A stretch of 63,482 nt of DNA, counting the filler, from Pirum gemmata (taxonomy: Eukaryota), in NCBI GenBank assembly GCA_002812295.1. It is 15 parts of 15 records of this genome, joined end to end, with 100 filler letters (N's around TTAATTAATTAA, not from the genome) between each part and the next. Parts side by side here need not be neighbours in the genome. Positions count along the whole stretch, not along the records: positions 36,142 to 39,820 come from PDIN01002048.1; positions 39,921 to 43,626 come from PDIN01002049.1; positions 43,727 to 48,228 come from PDIN01002050.1; 12 more parts are not named here. One strand, written 5' to 3'. Both the position numbers and the translations under genes were made by a program. Below, piece after piece: positions 37,226 through 48,228 of this stretch (positions are counted from its first letter, which is position 1; each line of letters begins with the position of its first letter). Below the pieces are notes generated by a model, which worked only from the letters and a program-made list of their open reading frames with translations, ran no database searches and had not been told where the DNA came from.

Positions 37226-37992
37226 ACCCTAAACGACCCAAGGGCCAAAACGGTTGCATAGTGTTATATAGTATTTATTAAAATAGTCTAGCTTCCACTA
37301 CTAATGTAACTATATCTCGGTTTTTTCGGTTGAGTTTCAGAACTAGCTAGATAGACTAGCTAGCTAGCTAGCTAGAAGTTAGTTGGCTCTAGAAGCCTCA
37401 TTCTCTCAGTCTATTGCAATAGCTGGAGAAGAGCTGGACTACTACACTACTAGCTAGTAGTTAGCTAGTCTACTACTAGCTAGCTAGTAGCTAGCCTAGC
37501 TAGCTAGACCGGGTCTACTACAGTTCTACTACTCAAGTATGATACAACTCACTAGCTAGCTAGCTAGCTAGCTAGTCACTATTCGACGAGTCACTATCAC
37601 TACTCTGTACTACTACCTACTACTCTCTACTAGCTAGCTAGCTAGAGACTCTAGCTAGCTACTACTGTCAGCACTACTCTCTAGCTAGATGATAATATTA
37701 TTATATAATAGCAGCTGTCAGTTTAGCTATCAGTTCCAGGAGAGGTTTGATGCGGAAGAAAATGCGAAATATTTAATTTGTAGAATTTTTTAAAAAGTCG
37801 AGTTTCATTTTCTTCTAGCTTTTTCTTCGAGACTATTATTATTTTAATGTTTTTTTCGAACTAAATAAGCTCGAACTTAACATTCGAGATATTTTTCGCA
37901 TTTTATTAATAAGTAAAAAAAAACCAAAAATCGAATCGAATCCCTTCCAAAAAATTCCTGACCACGTTTTTGCTGAGTTTTTGCGTTCCTAA

Positions 37993-38227
37993 AGGAGGGA
38001 TGAGATGACGTCATCTTACCAATTGGATGCTCGGACCGGCGAACTTCCAGAAATTTACCTAAAGTTACTATAAGTAGTATAATAAACTCTTTTTAAAGTA
38101 ACTATTTAAATAAATAGTTACTAAATAAATAATTACAAATACTAAATATGGTAAGGCGAAACAGGCGAACAACATGTACTTTGTGCCTCGGTCAAAAAAG
38201 TTCGCCATAAGAGTTCTCACCCCTCCT
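37993..38227. mobile_element. Second member of the 8-bp-TSD transposon group
   Basis: AGGAGGGATGAGA...TCTCACCCCTCCT, flanked by GTTCCTAA at 37985-37992 and 38228-38235. It shares the subterminal GAGATGACGTCAT with the 12838-13095 element. Confidence 0.8.
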
Positions 38228-39140
38228 GTTCCTAAAGTGTTCCTATCATAATAAACTTCCTACAGTTCCTAGCTAGCTACTAGCTAGCTAGCTAGCTAGA
38301 ATTTATGACACACAGACCAACTTTTGGAGGTCAAGCTAGACTAGCTATCATAGCTAGCTAGACCGGGTCTGTAAGACTCTAGCTAGCTAGGTACGTATCT
38401 TGTATCTTGTGATAGTTTTTATCATAAAAGCTTTATTTATCTTTATTTATATAACCAATTTCAACCAACCAACCAACCTACTCTTAATACAACTAGTACG
38501 TTAATCAGTATTCTAACGGCTAATTAGTACTGGTATTGACATTGAAGGAGCACATGTGCAGTGGCAATTATTATAATTTACATAATATTAAGAATATTAA
38601 TACTAATTAATACCTAGCATAGTCTGAACAAGAGTCTGAACTCAGCTAGTACTAGACTACTACTAGCTAGCTAGACTATCGATATAACACAAAACTCTGC
38701 TTTATTATATTATGATAGTCCGAGGACAAAACCCATTTGTAAACGACTACATAGAACTGTAGTTTATGCATATTATTCTTACTAGACTACTACTAGCTAG
38801 TAGCTAGCTAGCTGGTGGTAGAGCTCTCTAGCTAGCTAGCTACTAAGTAGCTAACGCCCTGGATAGACCAACATCTACTACTACTAGCTAAAATCAACGC
38901 TATAAGAATTGGGAAATTCTTGAAACCCCGTTTCTCACGGGTTAGGGTTAGGGTTAGGGTTAGGGTTAGGGTTAGCTAGCCTATTAGTACTACTAGCTAG
39001 GTACTAGTAGTAGCTATCATAATAATATACACTACCCCTACTACCTATCGATAGTATGATATGATACTATTTTTTTTAAAGTATGACATAGCTACTAGCT
39101 AGCTAGCTGCCTTGGATATAATCTGCTCTATATCTGGCTG

Positions 39141-39351
39141 GGGAGATGTGGAAAAACATAATCGAATCAAATAGCTCGATCCTAATTATTAAATAGTGAG
39201 AATTTTGAAATGATATTCTTTTATTTTTCGAGTTTCAAATCTTCCTATGAAATTTCTACTCAGTAGTGTGTGAGTCAATACTTAAAATTAGATCGAAATA
39301 TTTCGAAAGTTTCGAACTTGTCTCGATTCGATGGTTTTTCCCGCATTTCCC
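39141..39351. mobile_element. MITE family F (TIR GGGAGATGCGGGAAAA...TTTTCCCGCATCTCCC); a second copy is inverted at 57237-57464
   Basis: Two diverged ~215-230 bp copies with 16-bp inverted ends. Confidence 0.78.
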
Positions 39352-39580
39352 TAACTTTGCCCTTTTGGTATATTATATTATTATAATTATATTATCATAT
39401 TGTTGCAGAATTGTTGTTATAATATTATAATATATATATGATACATTATTAAATTATATATCTATACTATATCTATATAATATTATATATGTTTCAGTTC
39501 TAAAAACAACATGAACATTGTTGTATTTATATAATAAATAATTATTGATATACATTTTTATTTAAACTTAATTAGTAATC

Positions 39581-39638
39581 ATGTCGTCCTCAGCAGTTCA
39601 ACTTATGAGGGCTGAGATGGAGAAACTCATGGGCTCAG
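39581..39638 (+). CDS. LUC7: Probable first coding exon of a LUC7-family U1 snRNP splicing factor; the rest is lost at the contig end
   Basis: ATG...CAG|gtacgt donor. Encodes MSSSAVQLMRAEMEKLMGS, resembling the LUC7 N-terminus (xxQMRAxLDQLMG). Only 19 codons of evidence. Confidence 0.5.
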
Positions 39639-39960
39639 GTACGTTAAAGTTGCCGTTGTTAATTTATAATATGGGAGAGAAAGATGTAGTGGCATTGAAC
39701 AGGAATTAACTCTGATTTAATTTTTTCTACCCCTTCCGTTTTATTCTTACAATATGCCTCTAACAGCATATTAGTAGTAGTGGTATAAGTGGTAGTAGTA
39801 GTAGTAGTAGTAGTAGTAGTNNNNNNNNNNNNNNNNNNNNNNNNNNNNNNNNNNNNNNNNNNNNTTAATTAATTAANNNNNNNNNNNNNNNNNNNNNNNN
39901 NNNNNNNNNNNNNNNNNNNNATAATAATAATAATAATAATGATAATAATAATAATAATTC

Positions 39961-40005
<45 letters not shown>

Positions 40006-40382
40006 TTAATAATAATAATACTATTATTATTATGGATGACTAACAACAAAACAAACCAAACAAAATATGAAATAATATTGTGTTAGCTTTTATCATATTA
40101 TAATATGTTTTGTTAAAAATTAAAAAGTATATATATTACACTTAATTAAAAAGGTCAACGTTGCTGTTTATCGGTGAGTATGATAAGAGTGTATTCTATA
40201 TTTAGTTAATGCTGTAGATGTAGTATGTAAATGCGTTACAAGATTTTGGTTTGTGAGTTTTGTTTTTTTGTTTTGTTTTTTTGTTTTTTTGCTTTTTTGT
40301 TTTTTGTTTTTGTCAAATTTTTCTTAATATGATAATGTAGCTACTACTAGCTAGTAGACCAGTTAGCTAGACACTAACTCTA

Positions 40383-40755
40383 CTAACCCTAACCCTAACC
40401 CTAACCCTAAAAGGTCCCTAACCCTCTAGCTCTAACCCTCTAGCCCTAACCCTAACCCTAACCCTCTAGCCCTAACGCTAACCCTAACCCTCTAGCCCAA
40501 ACCAGCTCCTAACCCTAACCCTAACCCTCTAGCTCTAACCCTAACCCTAACCCTAACCCTCTACTAGCCCTAACCCTAACCCTAACCCTCTAACTCTAGC
40601 TAGCTCGATAGCCCTAACCCTAATACCAAGCCCTAACTAGCTCTAACCCTAACCCTACTAACAGTACCCTAACCCTTACCTTGACCCTATCCCTACCCCC
40701 TATCCCTACCCCTATCCCTACCCCTACCCCTACCCCTAAAACCCTAACCCTAACG
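40383..40755 (-). repeat. Interstitial (CCCTAA)n tract interrupted by CTAG/CTCTAG units
   Basis: For example AACCCTCTAGCTCTAACCCTCTAGCCCTAACCCTAACCC. Confidence 0.88.
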
Positions 40756-41720
40756 CGTCAGAGACAGGACTTTTATCCTCTCTTTTCTAAGTTTTTTACA
40801 AATTGACATCATTTTTAAAAAAAAACAATTCAAACCATTGGTCATTGGTTGGAATTTAAAATTCATTATTACTCACTGCTGAGTCACTGCCAGTCACTGG
40901 CAGTTACTGCGAGTCTCTCGACAAACTCAACAAATAGAAGCTCAAAATTGCCTCAAATCGTAGGAATCGGTACAAGATCAGTATAAGATCTTTGGGTTAA
41001 TTGTAAAAGTTTGTAACTATTGGCTGTCTGCTACTAAGCGTCTAAGACGACTACTTTTAAGTTGCTGGATTGATTATTTTACACAGATTGTTTTTTTTTG
41101 TTTGTTTTTTTGAATGAACAAAGGTAAAAAAGGGTTAACATATGGAATAAAATTACTAAATAAAGTGACTTTTTGAAATATTACTTTTTTTTTTAACTAC
41201 CAAGCCGGATAAAAATGGCGATATCCGCCATATAAGCCCAAAATCCAAAAAATCTCAAAATGGTCCAATTTCAAAGAAAGCTATACCACAGTTTGAGAAA
41301 TTATATAACTAAGAAAACTCTATTAGGAACCAATGGCTAATTTTTTAACATAATTTGGCTAGTTAGCATTGAAGGTTTTAGAAAAGAAGTCTAAAAAAAA
41401 ATGATTTCTACAGTTTTATCCGGTTTGACTGTTAAAAAAAAAAAGACTAAAAAAGATAAGAGTTGTATTAAAAAATATGATTTAGGGTTAGGGTTAGAGT
41501 TTTAAAAAAGATAACTTAGGTATCTACTAGCTAGAGCTAGAACAGTGTGATATAACTTATAACTAAAGTTTTCATTTTTTTTTTTAAGAAAAAAAAACTT
41601 TGAACGAGACTTAAACTGAACATGCTCAAAGTAATATCGATAATAAATAATAGTAATAATAATTTTTAATATTATAATAAAATATATCATACAAATATAT
41701 AATAATAATAATAATAATTC

Positions 41721-41771
<51 letters not shown>

Positions 41772-41778
41772 CCGTCGC

Positions 41779-43167
41779 TTAAAAAAATAAATCTAAAAAT
41801 TCTTGTTTGTCTAAAGCTTTGACACTTTTATATTTTCGTTTAGACTTGGTACACGCATCCCAACTAAGAGGGTTGCTTTTATAATCATTGTTGTTGGTGG
41901 TATGGGCCCTGCGTAAGTTTGGCCCAAGAGCAATACTATTATCACTACTACCACTAGACATAGAAGTAAGGTTACGATTACTAATAATACAACTATTACT
42001 TTTCAAAGTACCACTTTTTTGGGGTTCATTTTTAGATAACCCATTTCCCCTTTCACTATCTGAGCTCGTGTCTATTGTATCCCGGTCAAAAATCCTCGTG
42101 GCTAAACTACCACCACCGCATGATTTATTGACTTTATTTGAGGTAATATTTAAGTCAACCGAAACGTTAGGGCTAGGAAAATTATCAGTAATCACGCCAG
42201 AATCAGTTAGATTAAGGTGTATTTGTGGATTTTTGCTATTATTTCTATGATTTTGGGCCGTTGTTATGGAAGAGTTCTTGGGTAGAGGGGTTGGGTAAAA
42301 GATATTTAAAGTATTACTACCACTATTCACGTTATGTTGATCAATGTCATTATGGTTATGATAAAAATCCTCTGCACTTAAATCGTCCCCACTACTATGT
42401 TCGTGATCACCGCAATAGACCCCGCTATCTTCTTCACTGCTTTGGTTTTCTAAAAGTATATTCTCATTTAATATTTGATAAAGGTAACACACATCCGGTC
42501 CCAGTACCAAATCATGCTTGATGACTAATTCTTCTGGATCGATGGAATCAACGTCAAGATCTTCAGAGTCTAACATTTTGAAAAGACGTTGGTTTATTAC
42601 TTTTTTATTCATCACGTCATACAAATAACTTCGTAGACGTTTTCGGAACTCTAATTGTTCTTCATATTGCCTGGCAAAGAATAATTCTTTTCTATGCTTG
42701 TAACTTTTTTCGTATCTGTAACTTAAATGTTTGCGTCCCGTTACACGCGCTAAATTTAGTAAATGGTCCTCAGGAAAACATTGTACATCACCAGAATCGC
42801 ATTTACTACTGTGCTGATGCGATACATCAGGAAATATACTTTTTTTGTTATGATGTTGATAGCCTTTTCGGTTGTACTCATACTTCGAGTATGTTTCTTT
42901 TTCATATCTAATTTCACTAAAACTCACTTTTTTTTTTTTTGCTTTTTTGTTTTTGGCATTTTCATTTTCGTAATTTTGGGATGATTTGAGAGCTATGCTG
43001 TTTTGTTGATGAATTAAACCATAAACTTCATGGAGTATCGTAATAGTATTTTCGCTTATACTAACTTGTTCAGATTTTGTTCTATGTATTAATTTGGACA
43101 TCAAGTGCACATTCAGATGAGGTAAGTGTGACAAAGGTAAGTGGGTGCGTTGGCGTTGTTGAAACAT
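41779..43167 (-). CDS. Intracellular ~462-aa protein with a PP1-docking RVxF motif and a neurabin/Bni4-like extension
   Basis: The likely start is AAAATG at 43167 (MFQQRQ). Contains KKKVSFSEIRYEKETYSKYEYNRK. The C-terminal half is S/N-rich and probably disordered. Confidence 0.8.
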   Translation of the reverse strand: MFQQRQRTHLPLSHLPHLNVHLMSKLIHRTKSEQVSISENTITILHEVYGLIHQQNSIALKSSQNYENENAKNKKAKKKKVSFSEIRYEKETYSKYEYNRKGYQHHNKKSIFPDVSHQHSSKCDSGDVQCFPEDHLLNLARVTGRKHLSYRYEKSYKHRKELFFARQYEEQLEFRKRLRSYLYDVMNKKVINQRLFKMLDSEDLDVDSIDPEELVIKHDLVLGPDVCYLYQILNENILLENQSSEEDSGVYCGDHEHSSGDDLSAEDFYHNHNDIDQHNVNSGSNTLNIFYPTPLPKNSSITTAQNHRNNSKNPQIHLNLTDSGVITDNFPSPNVSVDLNITSNKVNKSCGGGSLATRIFDRDTIDTSSDSERGNGLSKNEPQKSGTLKSNSCIISNRNLTSMSSGSSDNSIALGPNLRRAHTTNNNDYKSNPLSWDACTKSKRKYKSVKALDKQEFLDLFF

Positions 43168-44424
43168 TTTTGATTTTATTAAAATAATAACCACGATAAA
43201 AAAAAAGAAAAGACAATGATAAAAGTTGTTATTGTTGTTGTTGTACAGATGAATTTGATCGCTCTGTTGTTGGTTATTATTCCTGTTCAATTTCTACTTC
43301 TATCGTGAATCAAAATATTTACAACAAAAATTGTTTTGTTTTTTTTATTAACGAACTTAACTACAAAAAAAATTTTCAAAAAGCACGGCATGGCATTTGA
43401 AATATTGACAGGCAATAAAAGTGTAATTACGTACGTACTCACTTTTGAACCCCACCAATGTCAATAGCTTTTTCATAACTATTTTTGATAAACCATTGCA
43501 TTTTTGTTGTTGTTTTTTTTTTTTCTTATTTTTTCTGTTTTTTCCAAATAGAATTTTGTATTATAAATAAATTGTATGATAATAATAGCTATAATAATAT
43601 AATTTCAAAAGTATTTTCCTTTTTTTNNNNNNNNNNNNNNNNNNNNNNNNNNNNNNNNNNNNNNNNNNNNTTAATTAATTAANNNNNNNNNNNNNNNNNN
43701 NNNNNNNNNNNNNNNNNNNNNNNNNNAACAAAACCAAACCAAACCAAACCAAACCAAACCAAACCAAAACAAAACAAGACAAATTAAAGTTGATTATTTT
43801 TGTACTCTAGATAACTACTGAAACAATGGATTTGGCCAAGCTGCAGACACCATCCTTTATTTTTATTTATAAAAAATAATAATAAAAAAAATCTCTCACT
43901 GTGACATTCAATATTATTTATTATTTTATTTTTTTTAACTACCAAGAACAGTTTTTAAGAAATGTATAGACCTCTAGCTAGAGCAAAAATGAAAGTAGTG
44001 CAAAAATAGAGCAAAAATACTCAAGCAAAAATACTTTTTTTTAAGAAAAAACGATAGAAAGATCCCTAAAAACGTCAAAAATTACTCAAAAGTTCCAGAA
44101 TCCAAATTTTTGCAAAAACTGAAAAGATAAAATTTTATATAAATTCATCTAGGATTTATTCCCAACCATTTTTAGGTTTTTTTGGTTATTGATCTCGTTC
44201 TCTATTGGTTTCTATAACTACTCAATAACTGCTCTGTATAAATTTGATCCATTTTATCTTTTATGTCATTGGTCCAACAAAATTGCAGTTAGTCTGGAGC
44301 ACTTTGGAGCTAGATGATAGCTGGAGCCTAGTTGGACTGCTAGACTAGAACTGGCTGGAAGTGGATGACATCATAAAATGGCTTTGTTTGTCTTTTTTTG
44401 TCTTTTTTTGGCTTTTTTGTCTTT

Positions 44425-44477
<53 letters not shown>

Positions 44478-44871
44478 NATTAAATGAAATGGATTTATAT
44501 TGTATTAATTTGGTACTCTTTATTGTATATTTTATGATGACAAAACCACTGAAAAGCACAATACAAACTCGAATAAATACAATTTGAAACTTTTTCGAAC
44601 CACCATTAATTTTCGGATCGAATAAAAAAAACTGTGACCAAATCAACACCGATTCTAGTCTAGCTCGAGCTTGCTATAGATAGAACTCGGAAATAAAATT
44701 CTTGGTTTTTTTTTTCAAAAAAAAAAAGTGGTATAGCTGTACGCAGGAAAACCATGATAGTATCATAGTACTAGTAGTATCATTCTGATAAGTAGTATGA
44801 TAAGTGGTGGTGGTAGGATTAGTAGTGATAATAGTCTTAATAGCAGTACAATATACACATGGTATGTGGAG

Positions 44872-44907
<36 letters not shown>

Positions 44908-45214
44908 ATAGTTGTTGTAGCAGTAGTAGTTGTAGTAGTAGTGATACTAGCTATAGAAAACGTAATATAATAATAGTAATAGTAGTAGTAGTAGCAATAA
45001 TAATATTACAGTAGTAATAACACGTAGTAGCCTTAGTAGTAGTTGTAGTCGTAGTCGTAATCGTAGTCGTAGTCGTAGTGGTGGTGGTGGTGGTGGTGGT
45101 GGTGGTAGCAGTGGTAGTAGTAGTTGTTGTTTTCGTAGGGCGCTATAGTAGTAGTAATAGTAAAGTAGTAGTAGTAGTGTACGTAGTGTTAGTATCAGTA
45201 GAAGCTATACCTAC

Positions 45215-45263
<49 letters not shown>

Positions 45264-45950
45264 CAGTGTTAGCATGCGCAGTAATGCGCAGTATTAGTAG
45301 TAGTAGTATTAGTAGCTATATAGTAGTAGTAGTAGTAGTAGCATTAGCTATATGTAGAAGTAGTATTGATAGTAGCAGTACTACTACTAGTAGTAATAGC
45401 TATAGTAGTAGTAGTAGTAGCTGTATGGGTTATTTATAGTACTAGTAATATTAATAGTAGTACGCAGTATAATGTAATAGCAGTATTAATAGTAGAGTAA
45501 TAGTAAAAGTGGTAGCTATATAATATATAATATAATAAGAATAGTATTAATACAGTTTAGTATATTATTAATAGTAATATACAATTCAAATTATTTGAAT
45601 TTCAAAATATATAATATAATGATAATAATATAATAATAATGATATAATAATAGTGATAAAATAAATAAAAAAATTTATCAGTATTTGAATTTCTACATAT
45701 TATTATGGATGTTTTTCTTAGTTTTTCTTAGTTTTTCTTAGTTTTTTTCTTAGTATATAAATAATAATGTTGTTTTCTTTTTTTTGTTTTCAAGAATAAG
45801 ATTATCGACTAGAGATTATTGAAAGTATGCATAGTGGTACTATGGTGGTTAAGTATACGATCGAAAAATGATTTGTAAACAATAATCAAAACTAAATTTT
45901 TTTTTTTTAATAAAATAATGAATAATTAAAAAAAAAAAAAAAAAAAAAAA

Positions 45951-47174
45951 ATGTGTAAAATTACTGTTACTACTTTTGCTGGACTTACGCAAAATACTTA
46001 CAAAAATCAGGCAGAATGGTTTTTGAATGGTGTGTTTGATACGACCGATCTTGAAAAAGCTGATCAAGTGTATGAATATTTGGAATCATTTGTTAAATTA
46101 GATGAATCCAAACGTGATGAAGGACACGAGTTAGATGAATTTAATGCTCATCGCTTATTAGAAAAATATGACGAAACAATGACTATTCAAGAAATGCGTA
46201 CTGCTTTAAATGAAACAGATTTAAACCGAAATAACAAAATGTCTTTAATTGAATTTTTAACTTGGAAATACCAATTTACCACTGCCCAAGTAGAAAACTT
46301 TTCCCAGGGAGATAACAAAGAAGAAATTGAAGCAGCCCAAGCACTAATGGATGAGTTAAATATTAAAAGTGAGGAACTGCAACAAAAACTAAAGGCTAAT
46401 CAACAGGCTTTAGAAGAACAAAAAATAGCGTTACATAATGTAGAAACTGCTTGCAAACAGCAGGATGAAGCTATAGTCAAAAATGATCAAATGCTTGAAC
46501 AACAAAAACTAGCTATCGAAGCAGCAAACTATGCCAAAACAAAAGCAGAAGAAGCGGAAGCAACCTTGAAAATAACTGAACGAGAACTTCAAGATGCGGT
46601 TAACGATTTTGTTAGAATCGAATGTGAGTACAAAGAAAAAATGCAAAATCTGGAAAAGATATCTACTGATGAAAACCTAGGTGTTGTAAAACGTAATCGT
46701 GCAGCAAACGAGTTAGATCAATTAAAAGCAGAAGATCCTCTCCCATTAAGAAAAGCCAAAATTACCCAAGAAGCTTGCTTAAGAAAAGCTACTTCTATGC
46801 GTAAAACAGCTGCTGAACAAACTGTTGAAGCAGAAAAAAAGAAACAAGAATTGGAAGAAACTCAAAAGGAATTAGAAACTACCCAGCAAGATTTAGTCGT
46901 TGCCAAACAACAACTCGAAGAAAATAAATCCAGTTTAGAACAAGCTAAACAGCACTTAGAACAAGCACAACGTGAACTTGAAATTGCTTTTGAAGAATTA
47001 GAAACAAAATTAGTTGAAGCTGCTGAGCGATTGACCGAGGTTAAAAGTAATGCTGGTACCGCTTATGGCTCCTTGTACATTATGGAGAGACAAATGTTTC
47101 AAGCTGATAAATATTTGCCCACCAAAAGACAAAAATATGATCATACACAAGATTTTAAATTTGTTGTAGCATAA
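45951..47174 (+). CDS. Calcium-regulated actin-bundling protein family (Dictyostelium 34-kDa ABP-like): EF-hand plus long coiled coil
   Basis: NQAEWFLNG, ELDEFNAHRLLE, EF-loop DLNRNNKMSLIE and GVVKRNRAANELDQLKAEDPLPLRKAKITQEA are characteristic of the family. Intronless, with TATATAAA at ~45754. Confidence 0.88.
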   Translation: MCKITVTTFAGLTQNTYKNQAEWFLNGVFDTTDLEKADQVYEYLESFVKLDESKRDEGHELDEFNAHRLLEKYDETMTIQEMRTALNETDLNRNNKMSLIEFLTWKYQFTTAQVENFSQGDNKEEIEAAQALMDELNIKSEELQQKLKANQQALEEQKIALHNVETACKQQDEAIVKNDQMLEQQKLAIEAANYAKTKAEEAEATLKITERELQDAVNDFVRIECEYKEKMQNLEKISTDENLGVVKRNRAANELDQLKAEDPLPLRKAKITQEACLRKATSMRKTAAEQTVEAEKKKQELEETQKELETTQQDLVVAKQQLEENKSSLEQAKQHLEQAQRELEIAFEELETKLVEAAERLTEVKSNAGTAYGSLYIMERQMFQADKYLPTKRQKYDHTQDFKFVVA

Positions 47175-47481
47175 ATTATTGTATAATTTAAATTTGTTGA
47201 AGCGTAATTTTAATTTTCTTTATTAAGTCTTTATTATATATTTAAAAATAAAATCATACACATTTTACAAGTTTTGTACAAATTATTGTATGTTGAAGGG
47301 TTATTATTTTATGATACAAAAATTTTAATAAATAAATTTAATTTAACAATTGTAAAAGTATGATATTACTTTTATTATTGAGTATAATCTTACATGTATT
47401 TTGTACTTTGTTTAAATTTATTTATATAATTATGTTTATACTATTATTGAGTATAATCTTACATGTATTTTGTAAGTAACT

Positions 47482-48228
47482 TTACTCTGCTATCTGGTTA
47501 ACACCACCTGTATTTCCTCCGTTAAACATCGGATTTATTCCTGCATCATTCGAAGAAAGATTTGTAGTTGATTGACCCATTTCTTCTTGGGCAGGTGCTT
47601 TATTAATCATATAACCAGCAGCAACAACTGCGGCAACCACAACAGCAGCACCAGCAACGGATCCCCCAATAATTGCTGCCAGATTATCACCACCATTGTT
47701 TCCACTCTCTCCTTCGACAAGTGGGGCAGGAGTGGTTTCGTCGGGAGTAGAAGGGGTAGTAGAAGGGGTAGTATCAGGGGTAGATAAAGGAGTACATTTT
47801 TTCGAACAAGGCTTTTGCTTTTCATTTAAATCACATGCACCACCATTTTGAGCTGGTACTTTTACTTTTTCTTTGCAAGTTTGATTAGCATAAACTGTAT
47901 GTTCTTCCGTTACAACTGCAGGACATTCGACTGGGCAAGGGGTACATTCATCTCCAACTTCCTTAGTACATGGTGTAGAACAAATACTAGGTATTACCTT
48001 TTGAATTATAGAAGAAAGGTCATTAAATCCATCAACACTAAAAACATTATCCATGTTCCCCCTTGCTATCTTTTTCAAGGCTTTATCATTCTTTTCAATG
48101 CCAATTCCGACTGCAATAACGGTATAGTCCTGGCCAATTTCGTTTAAAACTGTGTCTATTTTCCATCTACCATTAGCTTCTCCATCAGTTAAAACAAAAA
48201 TAATTTTAGCTGCTTTTTCTCTTGGATT
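47482..48228 (-). CDS. C-terminal part of a VWA + TSP1-like + T/P stalk + TM adhesin, cut by the contig end
   Basis: The frame is open to 48228: REKAAKIIFVLTDGEAN...VIAVGIG...ALKKIA...NVFSVDGFNDL (VWA C-half), KVKVPAQNGGAC (spondin-type TSP1), TM IIGGSVAGAAVVVAAVVAAGYMI and a tail containing NPMF. Confidence 0.88.
   Translation of the reverse strand, partial: NPREKAAKIIFVLTDGEANGRWKIDTVLNEIGQDYTVIAVGIGIEKNDKALKKIARGNMDNVFSVDGFNDLSSIIQKVIPSICSTPCTKEVGDECTPCPVECPAVVTEEHTVYANQTCKEKVKVPAQNGGACDLNEKQKPCSKKCTPLSTPDTTPSTTPSTPDETTPAPLVEGESGNNGGDNLAAIIGGSVAGAAVVVAAVVAAGYMINKAPAQEEMGQSTTNLSSNDAGINPMFNGGNTGGVNQIAE

Noticed and set aside
43168..43290. N-terminal 41 aa of the 503-aa ORF as a signal or TM segment
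   Set aside because: It starts at a non-ATG codon and derives from T-rich 5' leader sequence. AAAATG at 43167 is the better start.
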